In this document: positions 45,952 through 55,849 of the stretch, piece by piece
Position numbering within the stretch: position 1 is the stretch's first letter
Layout of the letters: every line of letters starts with the position of its first letter
IMG/VR virus record: IMGVR_UViG_3300034062_006954
Coordinates: 17,211 to 81,210 of that record
Length of the DNA: 64,000 nt
Reading direction: 5' to 3' (one strand)
Source of the DNA: a virus
Program-made: the position numbers and the translations under genes
Notes under the pieces: model-generated
The model's input: only the letters and a program-made list of their open reading frames with translations
What the model was told of the DNA's origin: nothing
The model's database searches: none

Positions 45952-46207
45952 TATTTTCGATTATATCGATTTCCTCATTAGTGAGAGCTAATCGATGAGC
46001 TCTTATTTTTTCAGTAGTTTCATACCACATTTTTTCAGTCATTAAAAGATTCTGTGATTTAGAAAATGTCTCCAAAGTTTTGGGTAATCTACCTTCTTCA
46101 ACTAAAATTTGAATTAACTTTTCGATTTCTTTTTCGGAGCATTCATAAATAAAATCCTCAACATCGATGTCTATGTCGGCTTCTACTTCTTGATAAAATC
46201 TTGGCAT
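45935..46207 (-). CDS. Hypothetical protein
   Basis: ORF track. Confidence 0.65.
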   Translation of the reverse strand: MPRFYQEVEADIDIDVEDFIYECSEKEIEKLIQILVEEGRLPKTLETFSKSQNLLMTEKMWYETTEKIRAHRLALTNEEIDIIENIAKRL

Positions 46208-46211
46208 AGTT

Positions 46212-46586
46212 TTAATTTTTTAAGTCTTGTATTTCAATTAATATTTCTGTTACTTTTTCAGGTTTCAAGTATCCTATAACATCATCTGTAATGGGTGTAG
46301 TATAAGTTAAATCACCATTTTTGTCAAGTACAGCTAATTCATATAACCCCATATCTCCACCATATGAAAATTGATGTGATACAACTGAAGCACCATAACC
46401 ATTTGGAAACATTTTTTTACATTTTACACCTCCTTCCATTTTTTCAAATTTTAGGGTTTCAAATATTTCATAGTTTAGGTTTAAAATATCAATGATACGT
46501 TGGTAAGACAATCCTGTCATTTTACTTGTATCCACAATACCATTTTCGTTATAAAACCTTCTTAATTTTTCTATTGAATTATTCAT
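46212..46586 (-). CDS. Hypothetical phage protein (FPNGYGASVV...GLYELAVL)
   Basis: Motif seen in many phage small proteins. Confidence 0.7.
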   Translation of the reverse strand: MNNSIEKLRRFYNENGIVDTSKMTGLSYQRIIDILNLNYEIFETLKFEKMEGGVKCKKMFPNGYGASVVSHQFSYGGDMGLYELAVLDKNGDLTYTTPITDDVIGYLKPEKVTEILIEIQDLKN

Positions 46587-47241
46587 ATATGCTTAATTGA
46601 TTTTTACACTTGTTACAAAAATTACCACTATCATATTCATCGTTGTTTACCGCCATAATACAACTCATATCACTACAATGTCCCAAACCTAATGTGTGGC
46701 CAATCTCGTGTATGATTGTTTCTCTAAGAAAACTTTTTTCACCTCTTACAATGACAGTACCAGCATTTTGGAGGGCATAACCTCTCAAGTAATCACCAGT
46801 TGCCCAAAGTTTCTTGTCAACAATATATAAAACTTTTTCACGAGAGAACAATTTATCAATACAAACATCAGCATTCAATATTTCAGTAGTATTTCTTATG
46901 TACATATCTTCAGTAATTGGTACACCACTTTGAATACTTGTATTGTAACCATAGAAATCTTGAATGATTCTTGCAGCATCTGTTAAGTCATCATAATCAA
47001 CATCACCCAATGGTCTAATAACAATAGTTTCTCTGTTATAAACTTTTTGTTCTACGTGTTGAGTGTGCTCGTGATTGTGTACTTCAACTTGTGGATTTTT
47101 GTATGACCTATTTGATAGGAATTCAACTTTTTTAGTTTTTGGTTTCAGTAATTCGGAAAATCCGACTTTGTTTTCTACCATATATTGTAGAACAGAAAAA
47201 GCAAGAAAACCTAAGAAAAATAATTTGATTGTGTTTCCCAT
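46579..47241 (-). CDS. Membrane-anchored archaemetzincin-like (M54) zinc protease
   Basis: HEIGHTLGLGHC....C.M...FC..C. Confidence 0.85.
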   Translation of the reverse strand: MGNTIKLFFLGFLAFSVLQYMVENKVGFSELLKPKTKKVEFLSNRSYKNPQVEVHNHEHTQHVEQKVYNRETIVIRPLGDVDYDDLTDAARIIQDFYGYNTSIQSGVPITEDMYIRNTTEILNADVCIDKLFSREKVLYIVDKKLWATGDYLRGYALQNAGTVIVRGEKSFLRETIIHEIGHTLGLGHCSDMSCIMAVNNDEYDSGNFCNKCKNQLSIYE

Positions 47242-47444
47242 ATGTTTGTTATTTTTTTTGATTCTACAAAGATAGAATTATAAACTCGAATAAAAAAACT
47301 AATTCTTGATTTTCTGAAAAAAATATTTCATTATCAAATAATATCAATTTTAAGACCAATAATTTTGTTTTACAAATATAAATCTATAATATTACACATT
47401 GTAAATTATTTATAAATTATCAACATTCAACTATAAAAGGTTAT

Positions 47445-47936
47445 ATGGATAAAGTATTAGTTTTGAACGCAGATTTTACACCAATCAATGTTACTTCAGT
47501 ATATAAAGGTTTCTTATTGGTAAACAAGGGGAAAGCTGAAGTATTAAAAGCAAGTGACAAACCACTTATATCAGGAATGGGTGAATTTATAAGACCTGTC
47601 ATAATAAGACTCCTTAATTTTGTTAAATTCAGAGTACATAAATTAAAGATTAATAGACACAGACTCTATAAAAGAGATGGTCACGAATGTACCTATTGTG
47701 GTAGTAAAAGAAATCTAACCATTGACCATATTATTCCCAAATCAAGAGGGGGTGAAAATACTTGGATGAATCTTGTTACTTGTTGTTCAAGTTGTAATAG
47801 ACTCAAAGGAGATAGAACACCAGATGAGGCAAATATGAGAATGAATATAAACCCATACGAACCAAACATTTTTTCAGAAATAATAAATTCTTCAGTTGGT
47901 GATATTTGGGAAGATTTCAAAAAGACATTCTATTAA
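47445..47936 (+). CDS. HNH endonuclease (host-type, VLVLNA...)
   Basis: RDGHEC.YCG...LTIDHIIPKSRGG..TW.NLVTCC..CN..K. Confidence 0.92.
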   Translation: MDKVLVLNADFTPINVTSVYKGFLLVNKGKAEVLKASDKPLISGMGEFIRPVIIRLLNFVKFRVHKLKINRHRLYKRDGHECTYCGSKRNLTIDHIIPKSRGGENTWMNLVTCCSSCNRLKGDRTPDEANMRMNINPYEPNIFSEIINSSVGDIWEDFKKTFY

Positions 47937-47940
47937 ACAC

Positions 47941-47964
47941 AAAAGGACGTTTGCACGTCCTTTT
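47941..47964. terminator. Bidirectional terminator
   Basis: AAAAGGACGT-TTGC-ACGTCCTTTT. Confidence 0.8.
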
Positions 47965-48042
47965 GGTAGATGTTGGATACCTCCCTTTCTTTAGTCGAGT
48001 TTATCCCATGCAAGTCCTACCTTGCAGGTATCTTAAAATGAA

Positions 48043-49917
48043 TTAAGCAATTGGTTGTTTTGTAGTTGTACTTGGTGATGGTAAACTTGGTTCTTTACCT
48101 TTATCAGTACCAAATGCTTTTTGTTTCATCATATCTGTGATATTACCCATTTTACCTTTCATATCGCCAACTAATGGACAAACATATTTACCTAAAGCAC
48201 CCTCAACAATTTCACCCATTCTAGTGTCTTCTAAAATTTCGACTAATGCGTTTCTAGTTATGTTTGAAATTGGGTTATCAACTTTCATTGTTCTTTCAGC
48301 AAATTGTTGTCCCATAGTTTCCACAAATGTTTTTGATAAAAGTTTTGTCAAGTAATTACAATCTGAAAAAACCTTTGGGATTTCACCTAATGGTAAATTT
48401 CCTATCGCAATGGCTAAAGCATCTGATAACCAATGATTTTTGTCAACACCAAGTTTACCTAATAACCATTTTACACCATATTCTTTGAAATATTGCATAA
48501 CAGAATCAACAGCAGTACCTGAAAAGAAACCTTTAACCATATCGAACATATCTTCTTGTATCACTTGTTTATCAACACCATCACGATTCATTCGTACCAT
48601 TTCTTTTATTACATGCTCAAAGAATATATCTTTACCTCTATTTGTATTTAAATCAACACTTTCAGATATTACCGAAAGTCTCATACCAAATTTTCTAGTC
48701 TCTGTTAAATAACTTTTTTTTTTATTTAATTTAATTTCATTTAAACTTTTAGAAACTAATTTACTTAACATTCTACTTTCAGTCATTTCTTCAGGTGACA
48801 TCGTAGGTTCAGCAACATCAATGTCTTTAGCTTTAATCCATTGACCATAAGGAAATTGACCACCTCTTTTTAAGTCTTCAATTTCTTTTTTCAATCCAAA
48901 TGGAATATGACCTCTAGTTGCACATGTTTTAACCCAAGGTAAAAAATTGTTTTCAGCATAAGATTTTGAAATACGAATTCCTTTTTTAACAAAACTATTA
49001 TATTGTGTTAATAAGTTTCTACATCCTTTTTTGAATCCTTCACCAACCTGAGTAGTTTGAACTTTAGTGACAGCATCTTGGATTGAATTAACTTCAGCAG
49101 TCGCTTGAGCAAATTGTTTGTAAGTTTTAACTTTATATAGATAGTATGGAACTGGGTTATTGTTTTGATCATATCTTTCAACAGCAACTAAGCCTTGTAA
49201 TTCAGGAAATTGAGTTGCCATTTGATTTATTGAATTTTGGTCAGCCATATTCACGGTTGAAAATTCACCTTGAGTTGGTTTAGTTTCAACCCATTTGTTA
49301 TTAGAAATTAATTCTTTTATTTTTTCCTTCGGTGTTGCGGTTTTGACTAATTCTCTACCACCACTTGAAAGTGGTAAATACAAATAAATTTGACCTTTTT
49401 TAATATCTCTATAAATTTCACTTTCAGGTCTTAACCAATTATCTCCATAAACTTTTTTGTAACCTTCGTCATTAGCAATATCAAATATATCAATTAATCT
49501 ATAATTTGTTACTTCTGCTGGAGCTACTTCCGCAAATAATTTAGCATTATTTCTATTCTTTAATACATCAATAAATTCCTGAACCTTAGGTGTTAATGCT
49601 GCATTTGTTCTTGGTTCTAATTTTTCACAAGTCCAATTACCTTTTCCAAGTACTTTACTTTCTTTAGTGAATCCATCTCTTTTTTCAAATGTACCATCAC
49701 CAAAAACCCAAACATGTTCTTTTTGGTCATTAATTCTCCAAAGAGCATCCTTTCCTGAAACTGGATCTTTATAAGGTTGGGGTAACTTGAAATTTCCAAA
49801 ACATCCAACTAACGGATCCTTACCTGATAATAGGTAAGCCAATTTTAATTTTTGGTCAGTAAATTCCGAAGCCACTTGATTTGTTTGTTCGTTTAATAAT
49901 CTTCCGAAACTTTTCAT
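48043..49917 (-). CDS. Large hypothetical, probably virion-associated protein
   Basis: LLNEQ leader; internal TESRMLSKLVSKSLNE; helical C-terminal domain. Confidence 0.7.
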   Translation of the reverse strand: MKSFGRLLNEQTNQVASEFTDQKLKLAYLLSGKDPLVGCFGNFKLPQPYKDPVSGKDALWRINDQKEHVWVFGDGTFEKRDGFTKESKVLGKGNWTCEKLEPRTNAALTPKVQEFIDVLKNRNNAKLFAEVAPAEVTNYRLIDIFDIANDEGYKKVYGDNWLRPESEIYRDIKKGQIYLYLPLSSGGRELVKTATPKEKIKELISNNKWVETKPTQGEFSTVNMADQNSINQMATQFPELQGLVAVERYDQNNNPVPYYLYKVKTYKQFAQATAEVNSIQDAVTKVQTTQVGEGFKKGCRNLLTQYNSFVKKGIRISKSYAENNFLPWVKTCATRGHIPFGLKKEIEDLKRGGQFPYGQWIKAKDIDVAEPTMSPEEMTESRMLSKLVSKSLNEIKLNKKKSYLTETRKFGMRLSVISESVDLNTNRGKDIFFEHVIKEMVRMNRDGVDKQVIQEDMFDMVKGFFSGTAVDSVMQYFKEYGVKWLLGKLGVDKNHWLSDALAIAIGNLPLGEIPKVFSDCNYLTKLLSKTFVETMGQQFAERTMKVDNPISNITRNALVEILEDTRMGEIVEGALGKYVCPLVGDMKGKMGNITDMMKQKAFGTDKGKEPSLPSPSTTTKQPIA

Positions 49918-49947
49918 TATATTTTAAAATTGAAATTAAATTTATTT

Positions 49948-51270
49948 TTATAGGTCAAGTCCGCCAGTTTTATTTCTATCAGGTGAACCAGTACCACCAC
50001 CTTGACAATCTTTCATTATCGAATCATATTCAGTTCTTGTTAAATATCCTTTACCTAAAGCATTTTTAGTTTGTGAACCAAATTTAGTATCAGCTGTAAT
50101 ACCTAAACATTTTTGTACATCACCAATTTCTTTTGATTGTTGACACATTCTGAAAGGGAATGTTGTTGATTGTGTATAATTTCCGTTACATTCATCAGTC
50201 TTTATGGGTACTGGAGGTGGAGGAGTTGTTGTTGTTTGTATTATATTATCAGAACAATCAATAATATAAACATTTCCACCAGTTTTTATTTGTACATTAC
50301 TACCACGATCTACCCAAGTTCCTTTTCCTATTGGAGATTCAATTGTACCATCTTTAGAAAACACAACATTTGATAAAATTGTTTGATTTCCTTTATCATC
50401 AGTAACAGCAGCACTACTCATAGGAAAACTATCAAAATTTCCTTGGTTAGCAACTTGTGCTAAATCATTCGCTGTAAATCCACCACTCTTATAAACATTT
50501 TTTAAACAAAATGGCACCCATTTCACTTCTTCATCATCTTTACCACTTGTCATCCACCAATACAATAATGCCGCGGCACCAGCCCCAGCGGCTACTTTCA
50601 TAGCATCCTTAAATGTTTTATTTCTCCAAAGTTTTACCCACCAAGGTTCAGGTTTTGGTATTGGAATTGGTACAGGAACTGGTACAGGTGGAATAGGAAC
50701 TGGATTAATATCAATTTTAATATCTCCACCAGGTTTAAAGTTTCCACCTGCTGACTTATATGTTTTTACAACATTTTCAGCATCGGCTCTTGAATAACCT
50801 TTACCGATTAAAGTTTCAACAGCTTCGGCTTCAGTTTTTACTCTATATTTGTCTGTAAATGATTTAGTCTGAATAAAATCATCAATCACGGCTTGTTTAA
50901 TTTTTTTAGCTTCAGCACTTGTATCTTTAGATAGTGTAGTCATCAAATGTGCGTTTACTAATCCTCTATCACCCGCACTTAAACTACCTTTAGCTAAAGC
51001 CGCAACAATATCTCTTGCATCATGACCTGCTATTTTTTTTCCCTCAATTTCTATGGCATGTCTAAAATTACCTAAAGCGTCTTCAACAGCATTTCTGAAT
51101 TGTTTACCTTCTCCTGCAGCATATTTAAGTTCTTTAGCTAAAGTATTTGAAAATCCTCCCATAGGAGAATACTCCATTATTTCTTCATTTTCTGTAAGAG
51201 TTTGACGTGTGTTATATGTTGTTAATAACTTTAGTCTACTTATTTCTTCTAATAATTGTTTATTTTCCAT
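49948..51270 (-). CDS. Probable virion protein: leader, Pro-rich linker, TM helix, PG-binding-like C-terminus
   Basis: LLEEISRLKLL; AAGAGAAALLYWWM; VQKCLGITADTKFGSQTKNAL. Confidence 0.65.
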   Translation of the reverse strand: MENKQLLEEISRLKLLTTYNTRQTLTENEEIMEYSPMGGFSNTLAKELKYAAGEGKQFRNAVEDALGNFRHAIEIEGKKIAGHDARDIVAALAKGSLSAGDRGLVNAHLMTTLSKDTSAEAKKIKQAVIDDFIQTKSFTDKYRVKTEAEAVETLIGKGYSRADAENVVKTYKSAGGNFKPGGDIKIDINPVPIPPVPVPVPIPIPKPEPWWVKLWRNKTFKDAMKVAAGAGAAALLYWWMTSGKDDEEVKWVPFCLKNVYKSGGFTANDLAQVANQGNFDSFPMSSAAVTDDKGNQTILSNVVFSKDGTIESPIGKGTWVDRGSNVQIKTGGNVYIIDCSDNIIQTTTTPPPPVPIKTDECNGNYTQSTTFPFRMCQQSKEIGDVQKCLGITADTKFGSQTKNALGKGYLTRTEYDSIMKDCQGGGTGSPDRNKTGGLDL

Positions 51271-51303
51271 TTTTTATTTATTTATTTATTTATATTTAAT
51301 TTA

Positions 51304-52659
51304 TTAAAACAAATTTGCATCAGTATAATCTGCAGGTCCACTTGACCTTATTCCTGAACTTATTTTTTCGGCATCAGCAACAAATGCTTGTTGTGGTGCT
51401 AATTGTTGTGCGGATTTTGCTATATCAGCTCCAGCTCTTTCACCAGCACCTGACATTTTTTGATACATCTCAATTCCAGCTTCCGTAGCTTTTTCCATAC
51501 CATAATTGATGGCTAATTCTTTTCCTGCAGTTTTAGCTCCTTTTGTTGAAAATATTTTACCCAAACTTTCTGTAAATTTAGAGATGAATGAAGTAATATT
51601 TCCTAATAATCCTTTAATCCATTCTGCAGCTTTTGGAAATGGTTTCATAAGAAACTCTACGGCTTTTTCTAAAAATCCTGGTACTTTTTCTACCCCTTTC
51701 ATCATACTATTTAAAGTTTTTTCTAATGCAGGATTTTTTGCAATAGCTTGTGCCACTGCTTCAGGACCTTGAGCTATTACACCTTTTAAACTTTCAACTT
51801 CAAGTTTGGCAGCTTTAGCCGCCGCACCAGCCATAACTAATCCTAATACATCTGACCCAATTGAAAGTGCTTTAGCCCATAAAGGTTCATTTTGATTTTC
51901 AGCCTCTTTTGGATTTAACAATTCATAAACATCTAATGCAACAACAATTGCCCAAGGTATCCATTGAACACTTTTACCAATTCCTGTGACAACTAACACA
52001 GTGTCCAAAACCATTCCGATTGGGTTATATAATGTTCTTCTAAGCCATTGTGCAAAGTAAATTACACCTTTTTTTAATAATTCTAAAACCTTAAGGGCAT
52101 CCCCACTCATAACAGCTTTTCCTAATTGTACTGCACCAGTACCCGCATCTTTTACCATCTGAGTTGTACCTGTAACAAAATTAGTTGCACTTCTACCTAA
52201 CCAAGATTTAAAATCAGACGCATTTTCTGATGCCCATTCACCCCAAGTTCTTTCATTTAATGGTAATCTTTTTACCATTTCCCTTGCGTGTTCCTTGATA
52301 AGATATAAATCTGAGTTTAAGGATTCATTAAGTGATATTTTTTTTAAATCACTTAAACAACTTTCTCTAATATTTTGTGGGATATTTGTAGCTTGCTTAA
52401 ACGAGTGTCTAAGAAAAAGTGTTATATTGTCTATACTATCCCAAAAATTTCCTAATTTCCTTTGTTCTTTCAAATCATACATTTCATCCAAAAAAACAAA
52501 ATATCTATTATCAGGAGACATCATATCAGTAATAACAAAATTATTATCATTATTTGAAGATAATAACGTGGAGAATTTGTTTTCATTTAATGTTTGTTTG
52601 GAATTGTAGTTCATCATTAATTTCATCCTACTCAATTCCGATATTCCACTTTGTCTCAT
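51304..52659 (-). CDS. Probable virion protein with hydrophobic helical hairpins
   Basis: ELSRMKLMMNYNSKQTLNE leader; IPWAIVVALD...DVLGLVMAGAAAKAAK. Confidence 0.65.
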   Translation of the reverse strand: MRQSGISELSRMKLMMNYNSKQTLNENKFSTLLSSNNDNNFVITDMMSPDNRYFVFLDEMYDLKEQRKLGNFWDSIDNITLFLRHSFKQATNIPQNIRESCLSDLKKISLNESLNSDLYLIKEHAREMVKRLPLNERTWGEWASENASDFKSWLGRSATNFVTGTTQMVKDAGTGAVQLGKAVMSGDALKVLELLKKGVIYFAQWLRRTLYNPIGMVLDTVLVVTGIGKSVQWIPWAIVVALDVYELLNPKEAENQNEPLWAKALSIGSDVLGLVMAGAAAKAAKLEVESLKGVIAQGPEAVAQAIAKNPALEKTLNSMMKGVEKVPGFLEKAVEFLMKPFPKAAEWIKGLLGNITSFISKFTESLGKIFSTKGAKTAGKELAINYGMEKATEAGIEMYQKMSGAGERAGADIAKSAQQLAPQQAFVADAEKISSGIRSSGPADYTDANLF

Positions 52660-52684
52660 TTTTTTTATTTATAAATATATTATC

Positions 52685-52927
52685 TTACAATAAAGTATTA
52701 GCTTTACCTCTTGTAATTTTTACAATGTCTCTCCATTTAGTTAAACCAATTTGATTTGCAGGTCCTCTTGTTACCCCTGACTCCCATTTTGTAACGGTTG
52801 GATATGCTGCTTTACCAGAACCTCCACCACCAGAAGCTGCGGCATCTTGTTCACCAAGTTCACCATCTTTTGTCGTGGTGTATTTTCTCATTAAAGAAAT
52901 TATTTCATCTATTTCACTATATCCCAT
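52685..52927 (-). CDS. Small hypothetical protein (TRGPANQ/TRGKAN repeat)
   Basis: ORF track. Confidence 0.7.
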   Translation of the reverse strand: MGYSEIDEIISLMRKYTTTKDGELGEQDAAASGGGGSGKAAYPTVTKWESGVTRGPANQIGLTKWRDIVKITRGKANTLL

Positions 52928-53232
52928 CAGAATGAATCTGTTTTTGGTAATTTATCGATGAATAAAACATAGTATTCATTTAAGAATGACAAAATATCGT
53001 TTTCATCAACAAACAAATCATCATCTTCAAAATCATCGTAATAATCATCTTCTTCGTTTATAAATTCGTCATCGATTTCATTATGAAACTTATACCCGAA
53101 ATCAGAAATATCTGAATAAGGAATTTCAGCTTCTCTTATTACATCCTCACTATCTGAGTTAGTTCTAAAAGAAACTTCCAAAACCTCTTCATATTTGTTT
53201 AAATGAAACGTAACAATCTCAACAATTTCCAT
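52927..53232 (-). CDS. Acidic hypothetical protein
   Basis: ORF track. Confidence 0.7.
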   Translation of the reverse strand: MEIVEIVTFHLNKYEEVLEVSFRTNSDSEDVIREAEIPYSDISDFGYKFHNEIDDEFINEEDDYYDDFEDDDLFVDENDILSFLNEYYVLFIDKLPKTDSF

Positions 53233-53236
53233 AAAA

Positions 53237-53770
53237 TCAATATTTTTTGAATTTTCTGAACATTTCCAAAGTTTTATTTACTTGTTCTTGTAGAGGTTCA
53301 ATATCATCTTCCTCAACTTCACTTTCTAACTCATAAAGATTAATGTCTTTGAACTTAGGATTTACTTGTCTAAATTCTTCAACGTCATAATTGTAATCAC
53401 CCCCATCTTCATCAAATGTTCCGTGTTCCATATCACTTTCACTATCACCAATCATATCCTGACCACCAAATCCAACGTATTCACTATCAAATTCATCATC
53501 AGGACCACCAAAATCAAAACTTACATCAGGTAAGTACTTTGCACCTGTAAAAGCATCTGATTCATTGATATTAATATTTGAATATGGTTTTACAACACCT
53601 TTATTATTAACGACCAAACCACCTTTATCATTGGCAAAATCCTGAATGTATAATGGTTGTTGATTAACTTGTTGACCAAAATCCGTAACAAATCCATCAT
53701 AAACCTTTTTGTGTTGGTCTAAAATGTTATTACGTTCAGCTTGGGACATTTTGAAAAAATAAGCGTTCAT
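53237..53770 (-). CDS. Acidic hypothetical protein with leader-like N- and C-termini
   Basis: MSQAERNNILDQH; LQEQVNKTLEMFRKF. Confidence 0.7.
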   Translation of the reverse strand: MNAYFFKMSQAERNNILDQHKKVYDGFVTDFGQQVNQQPLYIQDFANDKGGLVVNNKGVVKPYSNININESDAFTGAKYLPDVSFDFGGPDDEFDSEYVGFGGQDMIGDSESDMEHGTFDEDGGDYNYDVEEFRQVNPKFKDINLYELESEVEEDDIEPLQEQVNKTLEMFRKFKKY

Positions 53771-53802
53771 AGTTTTTAATTTATAAATATTAATCTTTAT
53801 TG

Positions 53803-54084
53803 TTATCTGAAATGGGACATCAATTGTTTTTTTGTCACAACATAACTTTCTTTTATTTTTCTTTTTTTAATACGTTTTTCAAATTCATCTTCTGACATCC
53901 ATTTATCAGCATCTTCCAATAAATCTAAAACTCTACCATTTTCCCATTTCACTTTATATTGTTTGTTTCCAAAAACTTTAGTAATACCAATAACCTCACC
54001 CTTCAATCCTAAGGTCATATCCAACTCACCATCCATATTTATAAGAACAACAATATCATTAATATTTAACTCAGGATTCATCAT
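53803..54084 (-). CDS. Small SH3-like protein (DUF4314-like pattern)
   Basis: G..G.V......Y.VKWENG..L.L...D.W. Confidence 0.55.
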   Translation of the reverse strand: MMNPELNINDIVVLINMDGELDMTLGLKGEVIGITKVFGNKQYKVKWENGRVLDLLEDADKWMSEDEFEKRIKKRKIKESYVVTKKQLMSHFR

Positions 54085-54129
54085 AACTTTTTAATTTTTA
54101 TTATAAATATTTATATTATATTTATTGTT

Positions 54130-54753
54130 ATGAAAATTATAATTACAGAAAGTCAAAAAAAAATATTACTTATTGAAAGTTCGGGGGAACAAATGGGTAA
54201 TATCATAAAACAGAATGCTGAAAAGGTAAAAAAAATAATTCAAGAAGCACAAGGGCAAATTGGGATGAATCTCCAATTTCTATTAACTTGGGGTGCTGGT
54301 ATTGGTGGATTTATGGGACCTGTCGAAGATTTTGTTAGGGGTAATTACCCTGATATCGATGAATCTGAACTTGTTCTAATTTCTATTGGCGTTATTGCCA
54401 CATATTTTATTGAAAATAAAAAAATAGTCACAAAAATTTATAATAAGATACAAGAAGAAGGATTAAGTAGAGTTTTTGATAGGATTCTAAAAAAAACAGA
54501 TACTTTATATCAAACTTTTATTGATTTTATTGATAGTTTGGGTGTTACTTTCCATAGAATTACTAATATGTTAAGTTATACATTCATTATTCCTCTTATA
54601 CCAATGATATATCAAATGGCTACAGATAATTTATCTGATGAATTTGATTTGAAACAATTAGCGATTAGAATAATAAGTTTTGCAGGTCTAACTTTATCAG
54701 GTATTATATTCAGAGAACTATTATCAAAAATGGTAAGAAGATTTAAAAGTTAA
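54130..54753 (+). CDS. Membrane protein with MKIIITESQ leader
   Basis: Several hydrophobic segments. Confidence 0.7.
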   Translation: MKIIITESQKKILLIESSGEQMGNIIKQNAEKVKKIIQEAQGQIGMNLQFLLTWGAGIGGFMGPVEDFVRGNYPDIDESELVLISIGVIATYFIENKKIVTKIYNKIQEEGLSRVFDRILKKTDTLYQTFIDFIDSLGVTFHRITNMLSYTFIIPLIPMIYQMATDNLSDEFDLKQLAIRIISFAGLTLSGIIFRELLSKMVRRFKS

Positions 54754-54804
54754 TATTTGAGTTTTAATTTTTTTTATTCTATCCTTAAATAAAAAAGGAT
54801 AACT

Positions 54805-55836
54805 ATGAAAAAATTTGATTTTAAAGACATTACTTTAGTACCTGAAACTCTTAGTACAATTTCATCAAGGAGTGAAATCAATATAAAGAATAAGGATAAC
54901 AAACTACCAATTATTGTAAGTCCTATGGACACGATAGTTGATTCTGAAAATTATGATAAGTTTGTTAAAAGAGGTTTAGAAGTTTGTCTCCCAAGAGAAG
55001 TACAAAATTATGATCAAAGTGTATTCACTTCAATATCATTAAGTGATTTTGAATCAATTGTAAATTTCCATAAAAAAACTGGTGTCGTTCATAAAAGAAA
55101 TGACAAAGTTCTAATTGATATTGCAAATGGTCATATGTCAAAATTGTATGAATTATGTAAATATTACATAGATGAAATCAAACTAGATGAAGATAAACTT
55201 ATGATTGGTAATATTGCCAATCCCACAACATATGAATTATTTTCCAATATTGGTGTTGATTATATTCGTGTTGGTATTGGTGGTGGTTCTGGTTGTTTAA
55301 CATCAGCAAATACTGGTGTTCATTACCCAATGGCATCCTTGATTTCAGAATGTTATAAAATCAAGAAAAATAGAGGATTCAAAACAAAAATTGTAGCGGA
55401 TGGTGGTTTTAGAAACTACGATGATATTATCAAAGCTTTGGCATTAGGTGCTGACTATGTTATGTTAGGTGGAGTTTTAAATAAAACATTAGAATCTTGT
55501 TCCCCTAGTTATTTATTTAAATTAATTCCATTAAATTCTAAAAGTTCAAACTATGTTTGGAATAAAATACCATTTTTAAGAAAATATATGTACAAAAAAT
55601 TCAGAGGTATGAGTACCAAAGAAGTTCAAAAAAAATGGGGGAAAGATAAATTAATTACATCAGAAGGTATTTCAAAATATAACAAGGTTGAATATACTTT
55701 AGATAAATGGATTGAAAATCTTGAAGATTATATGAAATCCGCTATGTCATATACCAATTCAAAAAATTTAACAGAATTTAAAGAAACTGAATATGTATTT
55801 ATTACAGAGAATGCTCTGAATAGATATAATAAATAA
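54805..55836 (+). CDS. guaC: GMP reductase / IMPDH-family enzyme
   Basis: SPMDT; IDIANGH; RVGIGGGSGCLT; ADGG; ALALGADYVMLG; FRGMS; SEG; SAMSY. Confidence 0.85.
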   Translation: MKKFDFKDITLVPETLSTISSRSEINIKNKDNKLPIIVSPMDTIVDSENYDKFVKRGLEVCLPREVQNYDQSVFTSISLSDFESIVNFHKKTGVVHKRNDKVLIDIANGHMSKLYELCKYYIDEIKLDEDKLMIGNIANPTTYELFSNIGVDYIRVGIGGGSGCLTSANTGVHYPMASLISECYKIKKNRGFKTKIVADGGFRNYDDIIKALALGADYVMLGGVLNKTLESCSPSYLFKLIPLNSKSSNYVWNKIPFLRKYMYKKFRGMSTKEVQKKWGKDKLITSEGISKYNKVEYTLDKWIENLEDYMKSAMSYTNSKNLTEFKETEYVFITENALNRYNK

Positions 55837-55849
55837 TTTAAGTTTTAAT

